Below are positions 9,757-19,100 of a DNA stretch of 64,000 nucleotides, one piece after another (within the stretch, counting starts at the first letter, position 1; the number at the start of each line of letters is the position of its first letter). The DNA comes from Vulcanimicrobiota bacterium (GTDB lineage: Bacteria > Vulcanimicrobiota > Xenobia > Xenobiales > JADMJV01): assembly GCA_050250895.1 (NCBI GenBank), contig JBFWNU010000002.1, positions 567,659 to 631,658 of the forward strand. Direction: 5' to 3'. Below the pieces are notes generated by a model that worked only from the letters and a program-made list of their open reading frames with translations, was not told the origin of the DNA and did no database searches. Both the position numbers and the translations under genes were made by a program.

Positions 9757-11133
9757 TCATCGCCCGACCAGACCGACCCGATGGTGAACGGCCGCATCAT
9801 AGTCCCCGATATAGACCCACCAGTTGGTCAGCGGTTTGCCCCCAAAGACCAGCCCGTTCTCGGCGCCCGGCATGCTTTGCATCCAATAGATGAACCAGCG
9901 CAGGCTATCGCCGCCCCACCGGTCGCAGTTGAGGCGCTTCATCTGACCTTTGCCCTCAGGCCTCCAATCCTCGATGTCTGACTGGACATACTCCTGGTTG
10001 GCCCAGTCGTAGTCGTGGCGGCCGTTGGGCGGGAAGTGGCAATTCCCGCATCGCCAGGCTCCCGGCTTGCCCACGAAGCGAGCCCATAGGTCGTGCCCAT
10101 AGTGGTCCATCAGGGCTTCGATCTGGTGGATGTGATCGTGCACCGCTTCCGAGGTTTCGCGTTGGTAGTTGTAGTGAAAGACCGTGTAGGAGCGGGGCAA
10201 GATCGGCAGGTCGGCGGGGTCGCGATCGCTGTTGGAGATGTCACCGTGAACGCTGGCCAGGTCCGACTCCCAGGGCGCTAGTTGGGGCGAGTGATAACCC
10301 CAGATCCAGACCTCTTTGACCCCTTTCTTCATGACGTAGTCGCGGATGTTGGCCCGCTCGAGGATCTTGTGATAGTCGGAGTAGCCTGGTTTTTTGGGGT
10401 CGTGGGGGACCGGTTCGAGCACCTCCAGGGTGTCGACGATCACGTAGTCGAGACTGGGCTTAGCCTTCGGGTTCTTGTAGGCCCGAAAACGACTGCCCTC
10501 TTCCAGGGCCTGGGCGGTCTCTCGCGTCAAGCGGTCGCACTTTTTGCGGACCACTTCGAGGGAGTCACCCACGTTGGAAGTGACCGCCAGGTCCAGCGTC
10601 TGGCCGTCGGCGGCCAGCGGAAAATAGCGAATTTCGAGCACCGGTACTTTCCAGGGAGGCCCGCTCAAGCGGGGAGGCGGCTGTAGTCGTATCTGCGCCA
10701 GGTTGCGATTGTCAGCCAGTTCCTCGTCTTGCATCCCGGCCACGCGGTGATAGAACACGGCCGCTCGGTGAGGATCGCTGGACTTGATCAGGTCGCCGGC
10801 TCGCAAGTAGCAAGCCGCTTTGACGAAGCGAAACCGGGGGTATTTGCGGGGCCAGTAAGAGAGCTTCTCGACTGCTTTGGCGGGGTCTTTCTCCCAGCCG
10901 GCTAGAATGTCGAGAATGTAGCCATGCATCGGCGCGTTCTTGAGGATGACGTCCGAATGATGAAGCGAGCGCCCCTGGTCGACATCGCCGTAGAGGTGAC
11001 GCAACTCGTTGTGCAACTCGAAGTCGAAATGCTGGCTTTTGGCCACCTTGGCCTCGAGCTCTTTGATTCTCTCGGTGGGTGGTTCGGCCCAGGCCAACAG
11101 ACTCAGCAGAAAAAGAAAGAAGACAAGACGCAT
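9757..11133 (-). CDS. Secreted hypothetical protein, possible metallopeptidase
   Basis: Signal peptide MRLVFFLFLLSLLAWA at 11133; EAVHDHIHQIE and CGNCHFPPN motifs. Confidence 0.7.
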   Translation of the reverse strand: MRLVFFLFLLSLLAWAEPPTERIKELEAKVAKSQHFDFELHNELRHLYGDVDQGRSLHHSDVILKNAPMHGYILDILAGWEKDPAKAVEKLSYWPRKYPRFRFVKAACYLRAGDLIKSSDPHRAAVFYHRVAGMQDEELADNRNLAQIRLQPPPRLSGPPWKVPVLEIRYFPLAADGQTLDLAVTSNVGDSLEVVRKKCDRLTRETAQALEEGSRFRAYKNPKAKPSLDYVIVDTLEVLEPVPHDPKKPGYSDYHKILERANIRDYVMKKGVKEVWIWGYHSPQLAPWESDLASVHGDISNSDRDPADLPILPRSYTVFHYNYQRETSEAVHDHIHQIEALMDHYGHDLWARFVGKPGAWRCGNCHFPPNGRHDYDWANQEYVQSDIEDWRPEGKGQMKRLNCDRWGGDSLRWFIYWMQSMPGAENGLVFGGKPLTNWWVYIGDYDAAVHHRVGLVGR

Positions 11134-11176
11134 CGTCTTGTCTTCGTTATTCGTCGCCCGAATTCCGTCGAGCAGG

Positions 11177-12091
11177 CTAGGCTTTGGACCAGCGCTGGAT
11201 GGTTCCGTCTTCTTTGATTTTCTCGATGAAGGCTTTGCGGTTCTCGTCACGGTGGGCCAGGAACTCCTCGTGGGTGATCTCGCCCAGGGCCAGCGACTTG
11301 ACGCTGGGATCCTTCCAGGAGTTTGGCTCGGCCCCGGTCACCTTCTGGATGCCGACCTCCCATTTGCGCCAGAAGTCATTCTTGGCCAGGGTTTCGTTCC
11401 ACATGCCGTTGACGATGCAGTAGTTCTGATCCCACGGCGGACGATGGTGGGTGTTGTGATTCTCGGGGGTCTGGGCCAGGCCGACCTTCTGCAGCACTTT
11501 GGCCAGGGCCGGGGGATTGTCCATGTGGGCCCAGCGGTGGAAGCCCTGAGCCATGAACCCGGCGCTCAAAAAGGCCAGACCGGCCGAGGCCACGGCATAG
11601 TGCGGGTTGGCCAGCGCCATGGCTCCCATCGGAGCCCACAAGAAGCGACCTGCGTTCCACAGGTTCGAGGTCAGGCTGACCTCTTCCATGTCGTGGGCAT
11701 GGTAGTGGTGATGGATGAACTCGCGAGCCATCTTGCCCACCATGCCCGGTTTGTCGGGGTTGGGATAGTTGTCGACCCAGTGGTGGAAGATCCCACTGCC
11801 GAAGTCGGCAGCCACATAACCTGCGGCTGCTCCGCCGAGAGCCATCGCTCCGGCTGCCACTTTGGCGCCGATGCCCGGCTGGGCGGCGATCTGAGAGAGG
11901 ACGTTGTAACTGACCCAGGCCCCCGTGCCAACCACGGCCGCGGCCGCGAGCTTGTGCATGAGCGGGGTCTTGTAATCAGGGTTCTTGGGCGTGAAACTGT
12001 CTTGAGGGGCAGCCGTCTCGGGCTGTTTGCTAGAAACGGTGGGGGCGGGCGCGCTGGGGTAGGCGCCTCGGGATAAAGTGTTGACCTGCAC
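11177..12091 (-). CDS. CarF/TMEM189/FAD4-family lipid desaturase
   Basis: His boxes DFGSGIFHHWVD, FIHHH, HRWAH, HNTHH and YCIVNG; hydrophobic helices; AGGAGA RBS before the GTG. Confidence 0.85.
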   Translation of the reverse strand: MQVNTLSRGAYPSAPAPTVSSKQPETAAPQDSFTPKNPDYKTPLMHKLAAAAVVGTGAWVSYNVLSQIAAQPGIGAKVAAGAMALGGAAAGYVAADFGSGIFHHWVDNYPNPDKPGMVGKMAREFIHHHYHAHDMEEVSLTSNLWNAGRFLWAPMGAMALANPHYAVASAGLAFLSAGFMAQGFHRWAHMDNPPALAKVLQKVGLAQTPENHNTHHRPPWDQNYCIVNGMWNETLAKNDFWRKWEVGIQKVTGAEPNSWKDPSVKSLALGEITHEEFLAHRDENRKAFIEKIKEDGTIQRWSKA

Positions 12092-12155
12092 GATTTTCTC
12101 CTGCCGGTCACTCGCTGATTGTAGATTAGCATCCGGGTCTGAAAGAAAGCTGAAC

Positions 12156-12527
12156 GGGGAGCGCTCGCCGCGCTCCCGGGGAAAGGAGCGCTCGCTTCGC
12201 TCGCGGGAAAAGGAGCGGCCTTCGGCCGGGAAAAGGAGCGAAGCTCGCTGAGCTCGCTTCGGGAAAGGAGCTCTCGCTGCGCTCGAGGGAGAAGGAGCGC
12301 TTGCTTCGCTCGCGGGAAAAGGAGCGGCCCTGCGGGCCGGGATAAGGGGCGAAGCTCGCTGAGCTCGCTTCGGGAAAGGAATCTCAGCCGCAGGCTGCTC
12401 CCCGTCGGCCGGAGGCCGAAACGGCTCCTTTCCCGCCGACGCAGTCGGCGCTCCCTGTCGACGCGCAGCGTCGAAATCTCAGCCGCAGGCTGCTCCCCGT
12501 CGGCCGGAGGCCGAAACGGCTCCCTGT
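12156..12527. repeat. Modular mini-hairpin array, copy 1
   Basis: Left half has GGAGC-[hairpin]-GGGA(A/G/T)AA units. Right half has reverse-complement linkers (GCTCCTTTCCC, GCTCCCTGTC) with hairpins such as AGCC-GCA-GGCT, GCCGAC-GCA-GTCGGC and GACGC-GCA-GCGTC. Confidence 0.9.
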
Positions 12528-13355
12528 CTAGGGAGCGTTGGTTTCGACGAACTCCAGCAACTCTTGCAGGGGAACGGCTCGCGGGGGGTAGAGGACGACC
12601 CGGTCTACGCCCATCGCGGCATAGCGTTCCAGGTCGCCCTCAGCCAGTTCGCGCGGGGTGACGGTGATTTCCAGTTTACCCAGTTCAGGGGGACGCTGGT
12701 AGCGGTCGGCGGCTTCTTTTAGGCCCTCGAGATGTTTGACCAGCTTTTCGGGAGTCATGGCAAAGCCGTACCAACTGCGGGCCATCTGCACGCTGCGACG
12801 GTAAGTGGCCCGATGATAGCCGCCCATCACTAGCGGCAGCGGGCGTTGGTCGGGTCGAGGACTGGCGCTCACCCCCGAGAAGCTGACGAAGTCAGATTCG
12901 AAGCTGGCCGGTGCCTGGGTCCAGATGGCCTGCATGGCACCCAGATAGTCGTCGGTGCGGCGGGCTCGTTCGGCCAGGGTAACCCCCAAAGCCTTGAACT
13001 CCGGTTCGAGGTAGCCGACCCCGATGCCCACCAGCAGACGACCCTTGGAGAGCACGTCGAGGCTGGCCAACTGTTTGGCCAAGACCAGAGGCTGGCGCTG
13101 GGGCAGGATGATCACGCCGGTGCCCAGGAGCAGCCGCTCGGTGACGGCGGCTGCGAAGGTGAGGGCCACTACTGGCTCCAGCAACCGTTCCTCGGGCTTG
13201 AGGGGGGCAGGGGCTTGCCAGGGATCGGGCAAGACGATGTGGTCGCCGGCCCAGAGCGACTCATAGCCAAGCTCTTCGGCCCGCCGGGCGACCGCTCGAA
13301 TACCGTCGGGATAGCTACAGGCGTCGTGATTGAGAGAGAACAGTCCGAACTTCAT
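12528..13355 (-). CDS. LLM-class (luciferase-like, probably F420-dependent) oxidoreductase
   Basis: MKFGL..AEELGYESLWAGDH..LAKQLASLDVLSKGR. The ORF-track extension to 13439 runs into the repeat array. Confidence 0.9.
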   Translation of the reverse strand: MKFGLFSLNHDACSYPDGIRAVARRAEELGYESLWAGDHIVLPDPWQAPAPLKPEERLLEPVVALTFAAAVTERLLLGTGVIILPQRQPLVLAKQLASLDVLSKGRLLVGIGVGYLEPEFKALGVTLAERARRTDDYLGAMQAIWTQAPASFESDFVSFSGVSASPRPDQRPLPLVMGGYHRATYRRSVQMARSWYGFAMTPEKLVKHLEGLKEAADRYQRPPELGKLEITVTPRELAEGDLERYAAMGVDRVVLYPPRAVPLQELLEFVETNAP

Positions 13356-13356
13356 A

Positions 13357-13730
13357 GGCCGGCCTTCGGCCGCGTTAAGGAGCGGCCCTGCGGGCGAGGA
13401 GCGCTCGCTTCGCTCACGGGCAGCGCTCGCTTCGCTCACGGGAGAAGGAGCTCTCGCTGCGCTTGAGGGAAAAGGAGCGGCCCTGCGGGCCGGGATAAGG
13501 GGCGAAGCTCGCTGAGCTCGCTTCGAGAGATGGAGAGCGGCCGTTCTTTCCCGCCGACGCAGTCGGCGCTCCCTGTCGACGCGCAGCGTCGAAATCTCAG
13601 CCGCAGGCTGCTCCCTGTCGGCCGCAGGCCGAAACGGCTCCTTCTCCCGGCGGCGGCACGCCGCCGCTCCCTGTCGACGCGCAGCGTCGAAATCTCAGCC
13701 GCAGGCTGCTCCCCGTCGGCCGCAGGCCGA
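13357..13730. repeat. Modular mini-hairpin array, copy 2
   Basis: Same modules as copy 1 (GCTCGCTTCGCTC, GGCCCTGCGGGCC, CGAAGCTCGCTGAGCTCGCTTCG, GTCGACGCGCAGCGTCGAAATCTCAGCCGCAGGCTGCTCCC) in different number and order. Confidence 0.9.
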
Positions 13731-13757
13731 GCAGGGGTGGGACCCGAAGGCGACGGC

Positions 13758-14759
13758 ATGCGATTTGGAGCTTTTACCCCCCAGGGTTGGCGTCTCGACC
13801 TGGTCGACGTCGAGCCGGGGTTTCCTCAGTACGTTCGGATGCGCGAGGTCGCCCTCGAGGCCGAGCGCCTCGGTTATGACAGCGTCTGGCTGTATGATCA
13901 CTTTCATACGGTGCCCGAAGCCTTGCCCGAGGCCACCTTCGAGGTATGGACGGCCACGGCCGCCCTGGCTGAAGCCACTTCGACCATCCGGCTGGGTCAG
14001 ATGTGTGGCTGCAACATTTATCGCCCTCCGGCCCTGCTGGCCAAGATCACGGCCAATATCGACGTCATCTCGAACGGCCGGCTGGACCTGGGCCTGGGGG
14101 CCGGGTGGTATCAGCACGAGACCGTCGCTTACGGCTATCCGTTCGAGAAGCCGGCGGTCCGCATCGGGCAGCTCGATGAGGCCGCTCAGATCCTCAAAGG
14201 CATGTGGACTCAGGACCATTTTGCCTTCGAGGGCAAGTACTACACGGTCGGCAAAGGCCAGGTCAAGGATTACCGCGGCCAACCCGCCGAGTTGAAGGGG
14301 GCCATCAACCATCCCAAACCGGTGCAAAATCCTCATCCTCCCATGTGGCTGGCTGGTGGGGGAGAGCAGTTGACCTTGCGCACGGTGGCCCGCTACGCCG
14401 ACTACTCGAACTATAGCGGCAGCATCGGGGACGTGCAGCACAAAAATCAGGTACTCGACCGCCACTGCGAGCAGCAACAGCGCGACCCCGCCGCCATCAC
14501 GCGCACCATGAACATCAATGTCATGCTGGCTTCAGAGCACGAGATCACGAGTCTGCTCGAGGCCAGTGGTCGCGGTCCCAGGGATATCGCCGCCATGAAG
14601 AAGATGCTGTATCCCACCGAGCCTCAGGCCCTTATCGACTGTTTGGCCGAGTATCGTGACCTGGCTCGCATCGACTACATCATCGTCTATTTTCCCGACG
14701 CAGGTCGCGGGCCTTCCCTGGAGCGATTCGCTAAAGAGGTGGCTCCGGCTCTGCGATAG
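13758..14759 (+). CDS. LLM-class (probably F420-dependent) oxidoreductase
   Basis: MRFGAFTPQGW..WLYDHF..DVISNGRL.LGLGAGW..PKPVQ.PHPP..GGGE. Confidence 0.9.
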   Translation: MRFGAFTPQGWRLDLVDVEPGFPQYVRMREVALEAERLGYDSVWLYDHFHTVPEALPEATFEVWTATAALAEATSTIRLGQMCGCNIYRPPALLAKITANIDVISNGRLDLGLGAGWYQHETVAYGYPFEKPAVRIGQLDEAAQILKGMWTQDHFAFEGKYYTVGKGQVKDYRGQPAELKGAINHPKPVQNPHPPMWLAGGGEQLTLRTVARYADYSNYSGSIGDVQHKNQVLDRHCEQQQRDPAAITRTMNINVMLASEHEITSLLEASGRGPRDIAAMKKMLYPTEPQALIDCLAEYRDLARIDYIIVYFPDAGRGPSLERFAKEVAPALR

Positions 14760-15570
14760 GCCGCCTGGTGTTGGTGCTGTGCAGCTGTTTTAGGACGTCT
14801 TGCAGGCGGCTGGTCACCCGAGCACTGATCGAGCCGCGCGAGGGAGCGCGCTGCTCGGGCCCGCGGGTAGCCTCTTGATAGGCGTCGGCCAGGCTGGCCA
14901 GCACAGCCATGCCTAGAAAGCGACCGCGGGCCAGAAAATACCGCACCTGCCTCTCGCTGGCCTCGCGACTGAGGCGCCGCAGAGTGTAGGTGTGCAAGCC
15001 CAGCACCTGGCTGGCGCTGTAGTTCCGCTGAGCAAGCTGGCCAGCCAGCTGGTTTGAGGCCACCGTATCCGAGATGTGCTTGGTCGAGAGGTAGTCTTCA
15101 TAGAGTTTGGCCACATCGGGATCGGGCTCACTCTGCTGGGTGTCGTCGACCAGGGTGCTCAGTTGGCCCAGTTCGACATTTAGATCCAGAAACACCGAGT
15201 CGGCTTTGCGAGCCAGGGCATAAGTGAGCGCACGACCCAGGCTTTCGGGGGAGAGTTTTGTCTTCTCGAGAAAATCCTGGGCGCCGGCATGGATGCAGGC
15301 CATGCCCAATTCTTCGTCGCCGGTGGCCGTGAGCACGATGATCGGGGTGGCAAAGGCATGGGCGTGGACGCGGGCGACGGTCTCGAGGCCGCTGCTGTCG
15401 GGGAGACCCAGATCGAGCATGATGACGTCAAAATCGGTCTTGCCCAGAGCTGACAGGGCCGCCTCGAGGGTCTCGACGTGTTGAACCTGGGCCTGCGAGT
15501 CCCCTAGTTGCAGATAACATTCGACGATAACGGCTTGTTCGGCGGCGTCTTCCACCAGGAGCGCGTGCAT
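14731..15570 (-). CDS. Response regulator (REC plus helical C-terminal domain)
   Basis: LLVED, MLDLGLPDSSG, IVLT, GAQDFLEK. Confidence 0.85.
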   Translation of the reverse strand: MHALLVEDAAEQAVIVECYLQLGDSQAQVQHVETLEAALSALGKTDFDVIMLDLGLPDSSGLETVARVHAHAFATPIIVLTATGDEELGMACIHAGAQDFLEKTKLSPESLGRALTYALARKADSVFLDLNVELGQLSTLVDDTQQSEPDPDVAKLYEDYLSTKHISDTVASNQLAGQLAQRNYSASQVLGLHTYTLRRLSREASERQVRYFLARGRFLGMAVLASLADAYQEATRGPEQRAPSRGSISARVTSRLQDVLKQLHSTNTRRPIAEPEPPL

Positions 15571-15606
15571 GGGGAAACCCTTCTGAACCCGACGGGAGAG
15601 TCCCCG

Positions 15607-16119
15607 CTAGCGCGGGACCCTAAGACGAGCCGCTTGCGCGACTTCGGTCAACTGGTGCCAACCATTAATGGGAGTGGCCTCGGTATTGGGGTGTGTACTG
15701 TAATAGATGGTCTCGCCCTGAGAAAGCAGGTTGAAGGCGCCCTCGGGCTTGCAGTTTTGCAGCATTTCGGGATCGCCAGCTTTGAGATAGCCCAGTTCGT
15801 CGAGGGTGCGTAATTCGCCCCGCATGGCGTCTTGCTTCCACTCGGGAAGCGGTGCCTGGCCGGGGGTATAGTGGAACAGTTCTGCCATTTTTCCTTCTGC
15901 GGGCATCGCACCCAGGGCGGTTCGCTCGGTTTGGGCCAGCCAGGGCTGGCCGCTGGGCCTGGCCACCACCGGCGGCGGGGCGCTGTTGAGCACGGCGCTC
16001 TCGGTAGGCACCGACTCTGCGGCGGGTAGGGTGGGCGCCGCCGAAGCAGGGGCCGACTCGGCCTTCGCGACGGGTTTGAAGGCCGAGATCGTCTGGGTTA
16101 TGAGCGAGCGAATCTGCAT
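15607..16119 (-). CDS. Hypothetical protein translationally coupled to the annexin-repeat gene
   Basis: TGATG overlap at 16119; Ala/Pro-rich N-terminus and a globular-looking C-terminus. Confidence 0.7.
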   Translation of the reverse strand: MQIRSLITQTISAFKPVAKAESAPASAAPTLPAAESVPTESAVLNSAPPPVVARPSGQPWLAQTERTALGAMPAEGKMAELFHYTPGQAPLPEWKQDAMRGELRTLDELGYLKAGDPEMLQNCKPEGAFNLLSQGETIYYSTHPNTEATPINGWHQLTEVAQAARLRVPR

Positions 16120-19100
16120 CAGGCGATAAACTTCGTGCCGAAGTCAGGCACCCCGTAGGGCTTCATGAATTCGTCTAGTTCTTTGACCATGGCTTGCATT
16201 TCCCCTGCCGATGGGTTTCCGCTCCATAAGGTCTTGCGGATGTCGAGCATCTTGGCCCGGAAGGCATCCATGGCTTCCATCTCTTGACCCTTCGGAAAAC
16301 GGACCTCGGGATAGGCTCGCTGGAAACGATCCAATCCGACATCCTTGATTTCGCCGATGTGAGCCATGTTATTTTCGATGTTCTCTATCCGAGCCAGCAT
16401 CAGGTCGGTCGGTCGGGCCTCGTGCCGATAAGAGTAAAGCCGATCATAGAACACGTCCTTGGCGATGCGGGAGCGGCCTTCTTTGTCGAGGACCTGCCGG
16501 ACGGGAGCGTTCTTGGTGGTCTGGCCCACATCGTCGGCGCCCCACGGGTTACGGATGTAGACAAAGTCGTCGTCGACCCGCTCGATGTTGACGGCGTGCA
16601 GGCCGCCGTCGGGGTCGCCCTTGAACCAGTCCAGGGTGGCATGGATAGGCTCTCCCCGTTCTTCGGCCTGGCGAACGAGTTGCTCGAAATCGGAGCGGTG
16701 CTTAGCCCCGTTCGAGTAGCCGTGGTCGACGATTTTTCGGCCTCCCACATCTTCGAGGATCTGGCGAGCGTGCTTGTCGGACAGACCACCGTAGTCGAGG
16801 CTGCCGTCGTCCTTGAGGTGGCCACCCACGCCACCCTTGGAGCCGGTGACGTTGTTGTCGTAGCGGCGGCTGACGTGGTCCATGGCGGTCGACTGATAGA
16901 TGCGGTCGGCGCTGCGCCGGGTGCTGTTGTCGGCGGCCACGCCCGATTCGTTGCGGTAGAAGCGCCTGCCGGTCTTGAGGGTGACCTCACCCGATTCTTC
17001 ACCCAGCCCGGTCATCACCCGCACATAGTCGGCCGGGTCAGACTTGGCGTGCACGTACTGGCAGCTGCTGCCCGAGCACGTGCCGCGATTGCCCTGACGA
17101 ATCGTGCCCGGCGTGGTCACCGTTTCGAGCACTTCGTCAAAGTACTGGCCGCGGTTGAGTGAGGCGATCAGGGGGGCGTTGTCGAGTTCGACCAGATTGT
17201 CGAGCAGCGTCTGCCCCCGATGGTCGAGCTGGTTCAGCTTGCCCTCGCGAGCCAGACGGGCCAGGTTGCCTTCGACCCGGTTCGGCTTGGCGGTGCCGAA
17301 GATGCCGTCGAAGAATCCGGCCTCGGGCTTGTGCTTGTTGGCCAGTTCCAGCACCTTGAGCTGCTGGTCGGGCGCCATTTCGCGGAACTTGTCGATGTTG
17401 CGAAAGCGGCCCAACATGGGCTGGTCGGCAAAGCCGGCCACCTGGTCGGCCACCGTTCGCACCGGGGGTAGGGGAGGCGGGACGGGAACGTCCTTGAGCA
17501 CCGGCGGTGGAGCCCCGCCGCCGTCGAGCATTCCTTTGAGCTTGCCCAGAGCTGCCTGGTCGAGTTCGCGCGACTTCTGCCACAAGGCTCGGGCCTGGCC
17601 GGTCAGGCCGCTGCCGTCACCGGTCTTGAAGGCCCCCTTGAGCTTGTCGAGAGCCTGGCCGTCGAGTTCACGGGCTTTGCCGAGCCAACCGTTGACGGTG
17701 TCGCCCATCTGGCCCAGACGACCCCCCTCGCCGCCTCCACCCAGCATGCCTTTCAGCTTGTCGAGAGCGGCCGCGTCCATCTCGCGCGATTTCTGCCACA
17801 GGGCTTTGGCCTGGCCGGTCAGGTTGCTACCGTCGCCGGTGCGAAAAGCTCCCTTGAGCTTGTCCAAGGCCTGGCCGTCGAGGGCTTTGGCCTTGTCAAC
17901 CCAGCCGCGCACGGTGTCGCCCATCTGGCCCAGACGACCTCCCTCGCCGCCGCCACCCAGCATTCCCTTGAGCTTGTCGAGCGCAGCCCCGTCCATCTCG
18001 CGTGACTTCTGCCACAGGGCCCTGGCCTGGCCGGTCAGGCCACTGCCGTCGCCACTCTTGAAGGCGCCTTTGAGCTGGTCTAAAGCGCGCCGGTCCAGGG
18101 CCGTCGCCTTGTCGAACCAGCCTTTGACGGTGTCGCCCATTTGGCCCAGTCGACCCCCCTCGCCGCCTCCACCCATCAGGCCTTTGAGCTTGTCCAGAGC
18201 GGCTCCGTCAAGTTCGCGCGACTTCTGCCACAGGGCCTTGGCCTGACCGGTCAGACCACTGCCGTCGCCGGTGCGAAAGGCTCCTTTGAGTTTGTCGAGA
18301 GCGGCTCCGTCCAATTCGCGGGCCCTGGCATACCAGTTCTTGGCGGTCTCGCCCAATTGGCCCATGCGACCCTCGCCGCCCCCGCCCATCAAGCCCTTGA
18401 CTTTGTCGAAGGCCGCGTGATCGAGGTCGCGCGACTTTTGCCACAAGCCCTTGAGCTTGTCCAGAGCCGCGTGGTCGAGTTCGCGCGACTTCTGCCACAG
18501 AGCCTTGGCGTGTCCGGTCAAGCCGGTGCCATCGCCCGAATTTAGGGCTCGGCGCAAGGCCTGGCGGCTACCCGCGTCGAGTTCGCGAATCTGGCCCCAG
18601 ACCACCCTGGCTTTTTCGCCAGCCCGGCTGGCCAGATCGCCGCCCATCTCCATGGCCCTGCGTCCGCCGGCTGCCATCTTATCCCAACCCTGGCGGGTGT
18701 TGCGTACCAGGGCCGGCGCTCCGCCGATGGCGGCAGCCATCCCGCCGCCGGCCACGGCGCCAAGACTGGCCCCCATGCCGGTGGCCATACCGACCCGTTG
18801 CAGGCCGGCGCCAAATCCGTTGTCCCAGGTCCCATCGCGCAAAGCCTCGGCCCCGCCGGCCGACATGGCTCCGCCGATCATACCGTCGACCGCTCCCTCG
18901 GTGGCCAGCATGGCCACCCGGCTGCCGGCTAGAGCCGACTCGCTGGCCCGCAATCCGGCCACGGCCGCTTTGCCCGCGCCCATGCCGGCCACGGTAGCCA
19001 GGCCATCCACGGCGCCGATGGCGGCGTCGGTGCCCATGTCGCCTACGCCGTAAGAGCCGCCTTTGACGGCCGCCGAGGCGACCACTCGCGTGCCGGCACC

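Noticed and set aside
12156-13730. Hairpin arrays as a CRISPR array
   Set aside because: The constant part is only ~12 nt, the variable parts are recurring palindromes rather than unique spacers, and there are no cas genes.
13356-13757. N-terminal extensions of both LLM ORFs and ORFs 13436-13759 and 41731-42039
   Set aside because: They are translations of GC-rich repeat DNA; family-typical starts are at 13355 and 13758.
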